A stretch of 64,000 bases of DNA from Hydrolagus colliei (lineage: Eukaryota): NCBI GenBank assembly GCA_035084275.1, contig CM068748.1, positions 16,120,001-16,184,000 on the forward strand, written 5' to 3'. Of the stretch, positions 1 to 13,370 are shown in pieces. The notes under the pieces are model-generated. The model was given only the letters and a program-made list of their open reading frames with translations. It searched no databases and had not been told where the DNA came from. Each line of letters starts with the position of its first letter. The stretch's first letter is position 1. Position numbers and translations under genes: made by a program.

Positions 1-955
1 TCATGAATGCAGTCTGACTTTTCATGAATTTTTCTGAACCATGTCGTAAGCAAGGTTTCGGCTGAATTTAACAAGATATCCAAATCTCTTATTCAGTAAA
101 TGTAAACCTTGAACTGAATGACAGATGAGATATACAGAGACAATGTGGTGTGGATTTAAAATCTTTGGAGTGTTAAAATGTGGCTAATGTAGACAACTTG
201 AATTAATAGTGTCTTCTTAATGGATTAAATCCTTGGGTTACACTTTGCCTGGCTTTTTAACGGGCAACTCCACTGTCATTCTTTGAAAGGCTGGAGATTA
301 CACTTGGTAGGATTTTCTCACACACTTGTTTGTTTTGCTCAATCCTGCAAATTCCTTCATAGTTCCTGTAGTCACTGCTGGTTTAACATTGAAGGCTGTG
401 AGCCGGAAACAGCGCGTTAATGCTGCACGCTCTAGAGTGACACCTTCTTTAACCCGAGTGGTTTGATTTCTACTTAAAAAGAATTGTTGTCGTATTTTAG
501 ATATTTAACCTGTACAAAGTCTTCAATTTTGTTATTTACGCTTTCTGAATGGGGCAGTTGGTTCCTTCACCCTCAGCCACCCAAATTAAAACTGTGTGCC
601 TTCCCTGTGAGTCCTGTTTTGATAAACATTGTTTTCAACTTTCTTTTAATTGATATCATGTGTGTGTATGTGTGTGTTTAGTGTTTAGCAATATTGAGTG
701 CTAGATTACCTTAGTCACGCCTTTAGGATTTTGAACTGGTTTGTTTTTGATTAATACGTTAGACCGTACTTAGTCCTCATTTGATTTGATTTTCTTTTCC
801 CCGAGTAACCCGTTCATTGCTATATAGTGGAGATCTTTAACTTTCATAATGAGTCACTTTCTGTTTAAATATGCATTTAAAAAAAAAAAAAAAATTCCAT
901 TTCGGGCATACTTCTGAAAATGGCTCCTAAACTCACATCTTCCGTATGTTTGCAG

Positions 956-1055
956 TTGCGGTTGAAGATCAACGTCCATCAACACTGTCACCCAAAAAAA
1001 AGCAGCGCAACGGAGGCATGCGAAATTCACCCAACAGTTCACCCAAATTGATGAG
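956..1055 (+). CDS. KCNMA1: KCNMA1 coding exon, RCK1-RCK2 linker just after splice site C2/STREX: (x)[32 protein letters not shown](R)
   Basis: tgcag| acceptor and AG|gtaag donor; phase 1 in, phase 2 out, matching the next exon. Translation matches recalled Slo1 [31 protein letters not shown]. The 5' boundary is inferred: no AG directly precedes TTGAAGAT at 962. Confidence 0.92.
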
Positions 1056-3240
1056 GTAAGAAAAGACAGCTAAAGAACTCTCTGTCTGAAGAGAAAGGGA
1101 GCGAGCGAGAAAAATCCTTAAAGGCTGAAGTATTTATTCTGTCAGGCTGTCAGCGGTTAATGATAGAGCTGAAAAATTTCTGTCATGAAAGAGGGTAGGC
1201 AAAGCTGTTAGAGAGAATGCAGGCTTTAAACTCTCAGCTGTCACCTCAGTCTGTCCACATGTATTTCTTAAACAGCAATGGCACTAATGACAGCGGTAAC
1301 CAATCAGAGAGACTCATACGGTTACCTTCCCTCAGGCTATTCCCTGTGTCTACGAGTCCCTTGGAGTACTGTTTTCTGTACTTGAGGCCATATGTGAGAT
1401 GTATCGTAACAATGAAAAATGAACCCAAATTTTTACATTCCTTTTATCTTGTCCATTTGCATTAAATTGTCGTTAATTGATTTTGACTCCGAGGAGAGAG
1501 AAATGGCGCGGGAGTGGGAGGAAGCTAAATAATTGGCAGGTTCGGTAACGGGAAGTTTACGAGCTGGTGATGAGTGAGGGGAGCACTTGGTTGCTGCCGT
1601 GTCACGGGTTAACCTGCACTCGGTGTTTGACAAGTAAACAGCTTCATCCACTTAGCATATGAAACAATCATACAAGAAAATTGCTTGGGGTTTACAGAAG
1701 CTCCAAACCTTATTTTTTGCTGAACAGAAGGTCCCTGTTTACCATGTAAAATATGCACCAACCTCTTTTGATCTCTACACAGTATTAATTCCGAGGAGTG
1801 GGTTGAACTCTTATGGTGCGCTTCAAAGCTGTGCCGAACTTTTGCCGCTGTAGGGTAATCCTTTATATTAGTGGCCCTCGGGTGGCTGAATGACAGGTCT
1901 CCTGTGCTAGGTGGAGCTTTCTCAAGTTGTAGCCTTCAGCAAAATGTGGAATTACTGAACAGAGAATCACCCGGGCTTTCAGAAATCCGTTTCCCGCAGA
2001 TATATCATACCTTAAATATTACATATTTTGGAATTACAAGGTACATTTTATGGGCAATATGAAGTGCTGGTTTAAAGCAGCCTAAGGGGTTCTTATTGCG
2101 CAAGGTGAAAAAAAATGGTATATATTGTATCAAATATGGTTTTTACAGGCAGATATGCCTCAAGGTCTTTGTAAATAAGTAATGATCAACAGTTTGGATG
2201 TGGGTTTTGAAAAGCATGCCTTTGTCAGTTTGCATGATGGGGGCTCAACATTTCAAAGAGCAGCTTGCTTTCATTGCCTGGCGAAGTGGGACTGAGGGAG
2301 AATAGTCATCCCTGCTAGTGCTGTCTAGTCAGCATCAAATTGGAATTGCTAAACGCAGCTTGAACACCAAGCGCAGAACTGTTTGAGCCTTCAATATAAC
2401 AAGTTCTAACGAGTGCCAGCCCAACATTCTTTACATGAAATTAACACCCTTCTGATGGATTGCAGAAGGTCATCGGATACCCCGTTCTAATTGTAGTCTG
2501 CGAATGTTAGGTCTATTAATCATAACGCATTTGTTCAGATCCATCAGAACAGAGCATTACGGTGAAACAAATGTCGCAGTTATTCCCTGTGAGAAGCAGC
2601 GTTCAGCAGAGTTTGCCAGTGACAGGCGGTGATGAGTGACAGTTTGTGAAAGATAGCTATCTTGGTGGAGCTTTACAGCGCCAGTCAAGGCAGTCAGAAA
2701 AGATTGAAGTGACAGAGGTCCATTGAGTGAATGTTGAAACACACGGAGCATCATGAAATATTCAGCCGCGTTGTAAAATCACTAAATGGTTTCTCGCTTA
2801 TTAGCACCTGTACTGACTGCGTACATCGAGACGACTGAGATGTTAATGGACAAATGTTTTGTCACGATGATTGCGAAGGGCTGAGCGAGTGTGGAATTTG
2901 AAGGGAAATGAACATGAGGTTTTAGAAGGAATAATTTCCTCGGAAAATGGAAGGTTTGGGACAGTCAGATTGATGAATAAAACACCAATCCCCGGTTACA
3001 TGGCCCGGTGGGCTTTGTGGTTTTGCTCCTGGCTGTCGCTTGTCAGGCAGCACGGGTTGCTGTACACTTGTAATGCATTAACCACAATTTTTGCCCTCGC
3101 TGCTGCTCGCAGATTTGATGATACTGGTTTGCATTCTCCCCCTCGGCGATGTCATCCGCAGATGTGTGGTCAACTTCCATATGTAGATGGATGACACCCA
3201 GATCCGCTGATCTTCTGTCAACTTGTTTGACAGACATTAA

Positions 3241-3310
3241 AAATAATAATAATCATTGCATTTGATAAAGCGCCTTATCACATTTTTGAGACATCTCAAA
3301 GTGCTTCACA
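3241..3310 (-). mobile_element. SINE 3' tail fragment
   Basis: aataataataatcattgcatttgataaagcgcctt... is the reverse complement of the tail shared by the SINE family in this window. Confidence 0.75.
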
Positions 3311-3324
3311 TTAAGTGAGTGCTA

Positions 3325-3648
3325 CTCACCCGCACAAAACCCGGTACCCTGAACACACCAGTTCTTGCAAGGCCCCACTGGCTACCAATTACCTAATGGA
3401 TTGATTTCAAGATCCTCTTACTGGTTTTCAAATCCCTTCTTACCCTCACACCTCCCTACCTTTCTGACCTGGAATTCTCTCCCTCTGCTTTGCCCCCTCT
3501 CTCCCCACCTTCAAATTCTGCCTCAAGAAATCTTTCCTTTTTGATAGTGCTTTTGGTCACCTCTCCCATCCGTTTCCCTCTGGCTCATTGTCAGACTGTC
3601 AAGTGCTCCCGCTTGAAGGGTACTATATAAACGCAAGTTGATATTGTT
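3325..3648 (+). mobile_element. L2 LINE 3' end remnant
   Basis: Degenerate HWLPI..IDFKILLLVFKSL and WNSLP coding traces, ending in the ctatataaacgcaagttg L2-type tail. Confidence 0.75.
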
Positions 3649-5077
3649 TGCCACAATGGACATTTACAGACAAGCACAGAGTCTCGCAGAGTGATAGGAA
3701 GTGAATTTAGATTGTCGCAAAGTGGAATGTCACAGGGTTGAACTTTGGCTAGGATGAGTTACACCTTTGTCTCGTGCCAAAATATTTTTGAGTGGCTGCT
3801 CCGTGTTTCTCCATGACATTTTTACGATTCCCAGCTAATCCTTTTCAAATGTCTGCAGTGTCGACCTGTGTCAGTTGCGGAGAGACAGAGCATTGTGTAA
3901 CAGAGAGGGGCTGTAAGAACCGAACGAGTCATTGCATGGCAACGATTTAGGTACCATGTAAGTAAATGTGAGGGGAATAACGAATCATAGTGCAAACCAA
4001 CATGGGTGAAAGAGTTAAAAGAAAGCAAGTTTTGGACACTCCAATGCATCTTTTGACACTTTAATGAAGTGGACAGGTGGGTTGGGGAGGAGGAGATGTC
4101 TGTATAGACTGTCTTTTTGTACATTAGCACTTATGGGGATTGAATTATGTCAGAAATATAATGTTTGGTCATAACGGCTCAAAGTACAGTCGATGACTTT
4201 CTGAAAAGTGTACCTCGTTTTTTGAAGAGGCAGATATTTTAGGTCATTTTGAGTGAATAATCAGGGCTGTCATACCCCTTTTTTTCCCTGTCATTTCTTA
4301 AATATATCTTATGTAGGAACAGCTAAGTGTAAGGTATGTTGTCATTCTAATTTTTTTTTAAAAAAGGTCCTGGAATTTCAAATAATGGGAATGATGGTAG
4401 AGCTTCGGCTGAGTCTGGGGTGAAAAGGTTTCTATTGAAAGCTCTATTGCTGAGTATTCAAGACAGAGACTCGGGATGACAGCTGCTGAAGAAATGATAG
4501 ATGTGCCGAACGCAGTGAAATGTTAGAAGTGCTGTCACTGATGGCCAGGTGGCAGATGCTGATGACCACTTTTATACTCGATGTTCCTCAGAATAAAAAT
4601 CATCTGCTCACGACGCGGATGTAAATTAATCAATCTGCTCTTGGAACTGACACTTGCTGAAACTTTAATGGCTTCCAGTTTTCAAAAGCAAAATATGATG
4701 GGGCAAAATTGCTAAAATATTTCAAGTGCTCGCTCCCTGTTAAAGCTTTTATTGCACCGCGAAAGGCATCAAAAGTCGTATGCGGTAAAAGCATGTAATT
4801 GGCTTTTCATCTTCATGCCAGCGTGAAGCTCTGTTTCTATCTATTCCACCTCATTGCAGCAGCTAATGTGAGCCCTTTGATAATTTTTTCGGTGGTGGGG
4901 GTGAGAGTTGCGGTGCCTCGGAATAAGGACTGCCAGTAATAGGCTAGCTAGTAAATTAAACGAGCCGCATTCATTAAGCGCGCCAGCCTGGTAGTGACTT
5001 GTCATGTGGTCGAAGGTAGATTGAGAGCGATGTCAAGGCTGACTGACAGCTCCTCTCTTGCGCTTGTGTCTCTGCAG

Positions 5078-5201
5078 GCACGACCCCTTGTTAATTCCTG
5101 GAAATGACCAGATTGAAGAGATGGACGCTAATGTGAAGAAATACGATTCCACCGGGATGTTTCACTGGTGCCTGCCGAAGGACATCGAAAAGGTCATTCT
5201 G
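5078..5201 (+). CDS. KCNMA1: KCNMA1 coding exon: (R)[41 protein letters not shown]
   Basis: Pyrimidine tract + ctgcag| acceptor, CTG|gtgggt donor, 124 nt; near-identical to Slo1 [31 protein letters not shown]. Confidence 0.97.
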
Positions 5202-7776
5202 GTGGGTATCATGAAGAGGCAGTGATCAGTGACATTGGGTGGCACAGAGTGACACGACTCCCCAATTACTAGTAACGGACGTTTTACTTAGTGGGAGCTG
5301 ACAACCACATACACTGAACTTCTCACCGTCTCGTAAGAACAAAACTGACGTGTTGTTTAGCAAACTGCACGAACATCCCTGAACCTCGTTAGTGTTCACC
5401 GCCTTCTGACCTAACCCTTTGTTTGCTGATTTACAGTGACTCATGTCCTCCTCTGATGGAACGGGTTTAGTTTGACCAGGATCAGTTGTGTTCCTCACAA
5501 ATGGTGCCCTCTGCGCACTGGGAAAGTGTGAGCGAGTTGTGTCGGCAGGGTTTCAGCCTGCTGAAAAGGTTGAAGCCATGCAAATACAATTAGAGCTGCA
5601 AATTTGTTAAATAATTGCTATCAAACCAGCAATCCCAGGTCTTTTTCTGCGTTTCAGTGCGGTGTTTATCAGCGACCGGCCCAGACAAACCACATTGCAT
5701 TCATTGATTGCATAAATGCCACTTCTCATTTGTAAAATCACTGCACTGATTTGCAGCAAAGTGGCAGTCGTGGTTTGAAATCCATGCTAACCTGCACAAT
5801 CTCTGTTGGAGAGCTGCTTCCTTCAAAGAGACATGGTTCAAAGCCTGTTTTGATGGGCAGTCCGAATATAAAGACAAATAACAACAGTCACAGGTTAATG
5901 GCATACGATACGCAAGATGTGCTCTGAAACCACCTTGTGTTTCCCCCGATCGTGGGAACTAAACGCACATGCATATGGACGAGTGGATTATGGTCAGCGT
6001 AATGAGATGACATCAGTTGCAATGTGCTGTATTACAATGACCATCTGTCATATATGATTCAGTGACATAAGGCTATTTTACAGTGGGCAAGGGCATGGAG
6101 GGTTAGAGTCAAGCTGTCAATGCGCCTGGTCCTCTCCTCACTGATGTTGAAGTGCACCCAGTTTCCAGAAGGTATCATTTTATTGTGATCAGGAGCTGGA
6201 ACCCTGGCTGCTTTCATTTGCCCTTCCTTGCATTGAGCCGCTTTTAGCTCCTTCACCCCAACCGAGATCAGGGAGTGGCTCATGAGAAGCATAAACACCA
6301 TTACGGACGTGTTGGGCCGAACAGCCCATTTCGATGTCTCATCACTCCTTAGCTCCAGGTGCACATTTTCTGCCTGGGTTCGGGTCATTGGATGGTGATG
6401 GCAGGAGCCTTGTGTTTTTCCCTCTCTCCATAATCCAGAGAGATTGTGGCGAATTATAATGGCCTGCACTGCCTCCGCATCTGAGATTAGCTCACTCAAC
6501 ACACGTAGTGGATTCAATTTGGAACCTTCTTGCTCTTTTTGATTTAATACCACATTTGCATTTACCCATTGAGAAGATTTGCTCGTCCTTTTTTTGAGTC
6601 AGCAGAACTGAAAGGGTTTAAAGAGGCACAAAGACACACGCACAGTAAGCGCTTTTTGTAGATAATTCTCTGTATCTCTGTAGATAATTCTTCACCATTT
6701 ATTTCCTCATTGTTTTGTGGCAGATGCAGCACATTATTTTAGATCCTTTTATTTACGCCTCGCAATTGGCCTGTTGGCATTTACATAACAAGAAAGTTAC
6801 GTGGGTTAATCCATGTTCCGGGTGACTGTTTACTGATTTATGCAGAGATGATTTTTAATAATTTTGCATTTAGCTTTTGTGTTATTCTTTGTCATAAATT
6901 TTCCTTGCATTTTGTTTGGAAAGGTGCAGCTCCTGAGGTTTCTGACACACTGTCCCACCTATCTTGCTGTTGCATTTCATTTCAAGTTAAAATGATTTTG
7001 CTCTGTTAAGTAATTTGGTGGGGATGGTGGTGGTGGAGGGGGCAGTATCTCTGGAAATTGAGGATTGGACCCAGTGTCTGGAAAGCACGAAGGGTTGGAT
7101 CCAATCATTTTACCTGACTTTTGAACTCTGCCCAGTGGACAAGGTGTCCAATTTGAAGTAGGTAGTCAACAAGAAGACAAATCAGGAAAGCAGCTTGATT
7201 CCTTATGAGGACAAAAGTTACCATTGTGGCCAGATACAGGAAGTGCTGCGGAGCAGTGGGCAGAGTCTGACTCCAGTTTTGTACAACCACGGAACTCTTC
7301 TAGTGAAGTATACCATCAACCATCCAGTGATGGCACATTTACTGCAGGAACTGGGAGAACCGGGGATGGTTGTGTTTGCCAATCCAGTGTTATTGCACTG
7401 TGTGATAAATCTCCTGATCCCATTGGAAGTGTAGCTAACTCCTCCAATTTTATACACATGAAATCAAAAATACCAGGTAAATTTATGATACCAGTCAGAT
7501 TTCCATCAGTATGCTCATATAGCAATGATTGCCATTGAAAAGTGATAGAAAAGCATTATCCCACATGCTATTCAGTATGATAGGACTATTAGAGGTGAAA
7601 GGGTACATCAAACAGTGGGTGTATGGATGCTTACTGTTTCACTTCTTTCCTAACTTCCTGTGTAAAATCAAGGCTTCAAGCAGTATGTACAGGTAAATTT
7701 TCTACTGGGCAAACTTATGTGAATGAATGTGCATTTATATATTGGTTTTAATTCTGATCTTTTGTTTATGCTGTAG

Positions 7777-8001
7777 ACCCGAAGTGAAGCTGCCATGACG
7801 GTGTTAAGCGGACATGTGGTGGTGTGTATATTTGGGGACTCAAAGTCAGCTCTGGTGGGCTTACGGAATTTAGTAATGCCTTTAAGAGCCAGCAATTTTC
7901 ATTATCATGAACTGAAACACATTGTATTTGTGGGATCACTGGAATACCTGAAGCGGGAATGGGAAACACTTCACAACTTCCCCAAGGTGACAATAGTAGC
8001 G
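7777..8001 (+). CDS. KCNMA1: KCNMA1 coding exon, start of RCK2: [21 protein letters not shown]...[13 protein letters not shown]
   Basis: tgtag| acceptor, GCG|gtaagt donor, 225 nt, phase 0-0; overlaps ORF 7795..8022 with Slo1 motifs [27 protein letters not shown]. Confidence 0.98.
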
Positions 8002-8144
8002 GTAAGTCCTAGCAAAGTTTGAAATTACACAGGGGGCCAAAGGAAAACACTAAACAGTTTGAGCTAATGTAATACCTCTCCAGGCACAGAAGGTTAAAAG
8101 TAGAGAAAGAATGTTTTGCATATGAATGTTAATTAGACAAGCTC

Positions 8145-8470
8145 CGGCTCTTTAGTGTTTAGAGAAGTCGACTCATAGAGATGTATAACATTTTTAATGC
8201 CATTGAAAAAGTTAAGCCTGACTCTCCTAAGAAGCAGAACGAGAGTTTGTTGGTTTACAGCTGTAAAGGGAATTTTCAGGACAGATGTCAGGATTTTTTC
8301 TTTGCCCAGAGAGTAAATAACACCTTGAGCATGTTGGCAGGAAATGTGGTTGAGACCGCGACACTGGACTCATTTAAAAAGTAGCGAGATGCTGGTAAGG
8401 GGTGATGGTAGAGTTGCGGATTCCGGGAGGATGAGATCAGATGAGCCAAAGGGCCTTCTTGATCCCAACT
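8145..8470 (+). mobile_element. CR1 LINE 3' end remnant
   Basis: ORF 8181..8384 contains FFAQRVNNTLSMLAGNVVETATLDSFKK, like the CR1 ORF2 end (FFTQRVVxxWNxLPxxVVEAxTxxxFK), then gatgagccaaagggcctt 3' motif. Confidence 0.8.
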
Positions 8471-9376
8471 AATTTTGGGATTTTGTGCATACTGAATGGT
8501 ATTTAGCTTCAGGCATCCTGCTTGTGTGTTGGATATCAACTTGGAACAGGCTCCCTGCAAAATCGGTGGGTTGGTAGATAGGGTTATGTGATGAGCAGGG
8601 ACTGAGTGAAATAAATCTCTCCTGGACCCATGATATTAAGGAGAGGTAGTGGAGAAAAGGCCAGAATATGGGACAAGAGCAGTGTACCAAAACAAAATTC
8701 CAGAGAACTGCACAAAGCAGAAATAGCAAATGAGAGCAAAACATAAAGATTCTTTGAAGTTTGCTACAAGCCAAGGGTTGCCTTCTAAATTTTTGTTTTA
8801 AGAGCTGCATGTGACCTGTCTAGTCTCAAAAGCATTCAGCGGTGTCTTAAGGAATTGGCATTTGCTGAATAGGAGGGCTCATATAAGCACTACTTGGTCA
8901 AAAGAATGAGGAGTTACGTTTTTAGGTATCGAGGAACAGTGACCCTGTGAATTCCAAAGCAGCACAAACTATTTGTCTTGCACACGGGCAAGGTTGTGCT
9001 TTGCATGTGTGTTAGCCTGATTCTTACAGACTTCAGGCTGCCGTGAGTGACCATTTGACATTTTGGAGTCAGGATGAGCTGACTGGCATTCACTTCACAC
9101 GTTCCAAATGCCAGCGCTTGCCTGTTCGAAACGATTGCTCACAGTTATTCACTTGGCAACAGCGACTCAGATATAGAAAGCTGGCAACGATCCTGTCTCT
9201 TATTTGCTTTTAATGGCTTCACTGAGTATAAACAATGAACCAGAGAGTTGCCATCAGCACCAACTACCCTTTCAGATAAGTGCACATCTCCAATTCCCCA
9301 GCCCATAGTTACATCGGTTTAATGTCGGAGCATAAAAGACGACTTGTTAAGCATTGTCCCGTAGCTGCAGTCTTGA

Positions 9377-9682
<306 letters not shown>

Positions 9683-12134
9683 TAATTCAAACGGTCTCAG
9701 ATTGCTTTAGTTGACAGTAAAGCCAAGTGACTGCTATGATGTTTTAAACAGGATGCCGATAAGCAGCAATAGAAAAGAATAGCTTGTAGCACGACAGGAA
9801 TTTTGAAAAAGGAATTTTAATGATAAGCAGCGTACAATTAAACTCAAGTGTATGTGTGGAAGTGGGGCCGGGGGGAAATGATACACCATTTCAAACCTGA
9901 AGAACAAATATTTTTGTAACACGTGTCAAATTTTGCCATAATGTTTTTATTCATGGCCGAGAAGATGGGAAGGGTTGCAAAACCAGCAATCGTTTCTCTG
10001 CGCAAAGCTTGAAAAGCGTTCCCGAACCGTTTGCTGCTAGTTTAATGTTTTAACGTCCATTCCCGCGCTCCGGTTCCGTCAAGTTCCTCGGGTTGTTGCA
10101 AATCGCTTGCACTGGGATATCCGTCAACAGAACGAGACGGCAAACAATTTCACCTTGTAACATGTTTTGGTCAGAAAAGATGTAGATTCCGTTTTGTGGC
10201 CAGATTCCACAGTTGTTTGTTTTTTGTGCACGAGATAGCATACTGCTTGTGGAAATATTTAAAGCAGCCAAAGGGCCTAGGAGCGAAAACATAATAAAAA
10301 AAAGTTGATACGGCTCTTATTCATACAGGACCGTAAGCCCCAAGTGAGAAATGATGGGGGATTGTTGTAAATGGCAAATATATGCTGTGCAGTCTCTGAA
10401 GCGAGGTATACTCGACCATTATATACTGCTTCTCAGTCTACATTATAAATATTTTAATCTCTGTGTTTGCCTTCAGACATTGAATTGTGTTGTTAAGGGA
10501 AGTCCATCTCTGATTCTGTACAACATGCTGTCGTACTGTTTGAATCTTAAAAAAAAGGATGATTTAATTAAAGCGTACCAGCGGATCAATGTTTGTTTCA
10601 ACAAAATCTAATGATATATACAGATGACTATGCATTACACCGGTTGCTTGGTAACAGGTAAAATATCAACCGCAGCTTAAGGCTGTTTATAAAATTACTG
10701 AAATCGATTTGCAACAATTGCTAAATAACACTCAGCAACTTCGAGAAGTGGTATTAGAAAGCTAACAGTGCAATAGATAATAATGCCGTTGAAATTATTG
10801 TGCTTCTGAAATATTTATGAAAGCACTTTATACCTCCTTTGAGAGTTTGAAAATATTCAGAGTCTTTAATATTAGGCTCGTTGTTACGTGCTGGCTCTTA
10901 ATTTTTCTCAGAAAAGTAGTCACGTTTGACGGCGTTTGACAGTATAGTACAGAAACGCACAGTAGATCTGCAAGTGTCTGGAATAGATTTAGAGCTCCAT
11001 TGTTATTAGTGTAATTGTGTTTGCTACCTTATTAGAATGACTTTTGGCCCTTTTTGATGCTTTTTTAAGTGGCTCAGCAATCTTAATTAAATGAAGCCTA
11101 TGATTGCTGTAAGGACCCCATTTAAAAATATTACTTGCAAAATAACATTTAGATATTCTAATTTTAATATTTTACTCATTTTCAGCCAGGCGCAGCGAGC
11201 CACCCTGCTGGTATATATTTACTAATTACAACCTCAGAGCACTAGCATGAACCAAGTAAACCACATAACCCTTAAAATCCTAATGAGACTAGGAGGACTC
11301 CCTTGGATTATATTGTTTAAATGGGTAATGGTTCCACTAATGTTGTAATTGCAGGTTGAAATACATTAGCCCGGTGTCTACATATAAGAAGTTTGCTACA
11401 GCAAGCCCTTTAGGGAATAGTTTGAGAAAGGCTTTACCTCCACATTTCTATAGTTTATGATGCTTTATTGCTTACTGCCTTGAACCGGATGGGCGGCGAT
11501 ATACTTTGTTCATTGGTATGAATTTCAGAAAAAGAAATGCGGCAGAGTACGCAGAGGGCAAATGAAAAAATAACACAATTGCAGCCACAGCAGATACTTT
11601 GGCTAGATCCTGAGAGTGTGTCATTTCTGTATGAAAACTTGCCCAGTCGAGCTATGTGAACAACAACAACAAAATCACATTTGTATAGCGTCTTTCATGT
11701 CAGGAGGACTTCCCAAGGCCTTCGGAAGTTGCCATCGACAGCCAAGAGAATAGGAGACTTTTTAACAGATTGGCCTTTTCCCTCTCGATGCGTGAGGAAT
11801 GTGTACTGTTCATCACAGCCTGGACAGAAATGTACGGTGTCCTAAATGTTGTTTTGGCATTCTGAGACACTATCCTGCCTGAAGGGAACTGTACAAATGA
11901 AAATAATTGTTCCTGTTTCTACTACCGGATGGTCACATATAGTAGCACCTAGCTCTGCTTTCCATTAAATTTGTCCAAACGATGATGTAATTAGGCTTTG
12001 ATTATCATGCTATCTATAAGGTGATGTGTTCTGATTTATACTTTGGTTTCATTTTATTTTCTGCCATTGAACACCACAGTTGCACAGAATATGTTATATT
12101 CAAGATGGTGAAGCTCCCCTCATAAGATTGGTTG

Positions 12135-12345
12135 GATTAAGAATACCCTTCGGCACTTCTGATCTCATCCCTCCAGAAATGCCACTCAACCATCTTCCCA
12201 TCTCAGTGTCAAGCTACTTTTTAAATGAGTTCAGTGTTCAGGCCTCAACCTCCTTCCCACTATTGCAACATTAATTACCCGCTGAGTAAAGAAAAACTTC
12301 CTGATGTCTATCATGAAATTGTCCTTTACAACTTTAAACCTTTAT
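12135..12345 (-). mobile_element. CR1 LINE 3' end remnant, same family as 8145-8470, inverted
   Basis: Reverse complement shares ctactttttaaatgagt, aaagaaaaa.ttcctga and gatctcatcc with the 8.2-8.5 kb copy. Confidence 0.7.
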
Positions 12346-12353
12346 CTTCTTGT

Positions 12354-12674
12354 GGAGCTCCTGTAGCTCAGTGGTTAGAGCACTTGCCTTACAAATGTGA
12401 GATCTGTGTTCGAATCCAGGCAGATCAGGGCGAAACCTTGGGCAACTTTCCTTATTCCACACGTCTAATAATAATCCGTCCAATAAAAAACAATAATAAA
12501 ATTGGTCATTTCAATCCAAGATTGTTTGTGGTTCACTGCAGTGCGCAATTGGCTGCCGTGTTTCACCCACAAATATACAGTCAATTCACTTCACAGTATA
12601 TTCTGTAAAGCTCTTTGAGACGTTGATAAGATGTGAAAAACACTATATCAAATGCAAGGATTATTATTATTATT
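12354..12674 (+). mobile_element. Full-length tRNA-derived SINE, short subfamily (~320 bp)
   Basis: A box TAGCTCAGTGG 12364-12374, B box GTTCGAATCC 12408-12417, body shared with many copies, tail ctatatcaaatgcaaggatt(att)n. Confidence 0.92.
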
Positions 12675-13149
12675 CTGCTGGCTTGGTACATGCTAAAGTA
12701 ATGTTCTGACGATAAATTGGGCTTAAAAAATAGAACCTGGAGTTTGAGATCCATGAAATCGGAGTCCGTCTTGTCACTGGTTGCGGTTTCAGCAGCAGTG
12801 GCACGTCCCCAGATGGTTGAGCTTGGTTCTGAAGGAGGTAACTTTATTCTTGCAAACAAACTGATGTGAACCGTGGCCCCTTTGACCCAGCGCTGCCCAT
12901 GATTGCTCGCCATTTAGGCTAACCGCAGATGATATTGGAAAACTCTCAGCATCTTCGGGAAGCCATTGAACAATGGAGAATAGAATGAACCAGCAAGCTA
13001 ACCAGAATGTCTGCCCTGCTTTGTAAAAAGTTGCCAAACTCTTTTCCCTTGTCTCCGTTCACAGGCCAGGGTAGGATAAAAAATGACCAACTCGCTGTTG
13101 ATTCCTATTATGAATACTTTGACGCACGTCCTGTTCCGTCTCATTGCAC

Positions 13150-13370
13150 CATCTGTCTTCAACAAATTCACTTCTAACTTCTGGCACTCCATCCCTTCGC
13201 CCCTCTTGATTTTAAATCTCGTCTAAAAGCCTATCTCTTCGACAACACTCAAGTCTACCTCCTCCTCCTACTTGCTCGCTGAAAGACAGACCCCATCTCT
13301 GTGAAATGCTCCAAGATACTATTTATTCTATGTGAAGGACACTATATAAAGAAAGGCATAGTTGTTGTTG
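13150..13370 (+). mobile_element. L2 LINE 3' tail remnant
   Basis: FKSRLKAYLF-like trace (tttaaatctcgtctaaaagcctatctcttc), then ctatataaa...gttgttgttg tail. Confidence 0.65.

Noticed and set aside
363-465. In-frame AARSR after two phase-1 acceptors, resembling the mammalian alternative exon KVAARSRY at site C2
   Set aside because: Only five residues match, no phase-1 donor follows that motif, and the frame stops at 463-465; likely chance.
1-955. Search for the STREX exon
   Set aside because: No Cys-rich RRACCFDC-like sequence seen; if present it is upstream of the window.
7133-7151. AGTGGACAAGGTGTCCA hairpin matching a short LF-SINE motif
   Set aside because: Flanks do not resemble LF-SINE; too short to call.
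12354-12425. tRNA-like sequences here and at 18834, 19110-19184 and 47790-47855
   Set aside because: They lack a closing acceptor stem and run into SINE bodies and tails; they are SINE heads, not tRNA genes.
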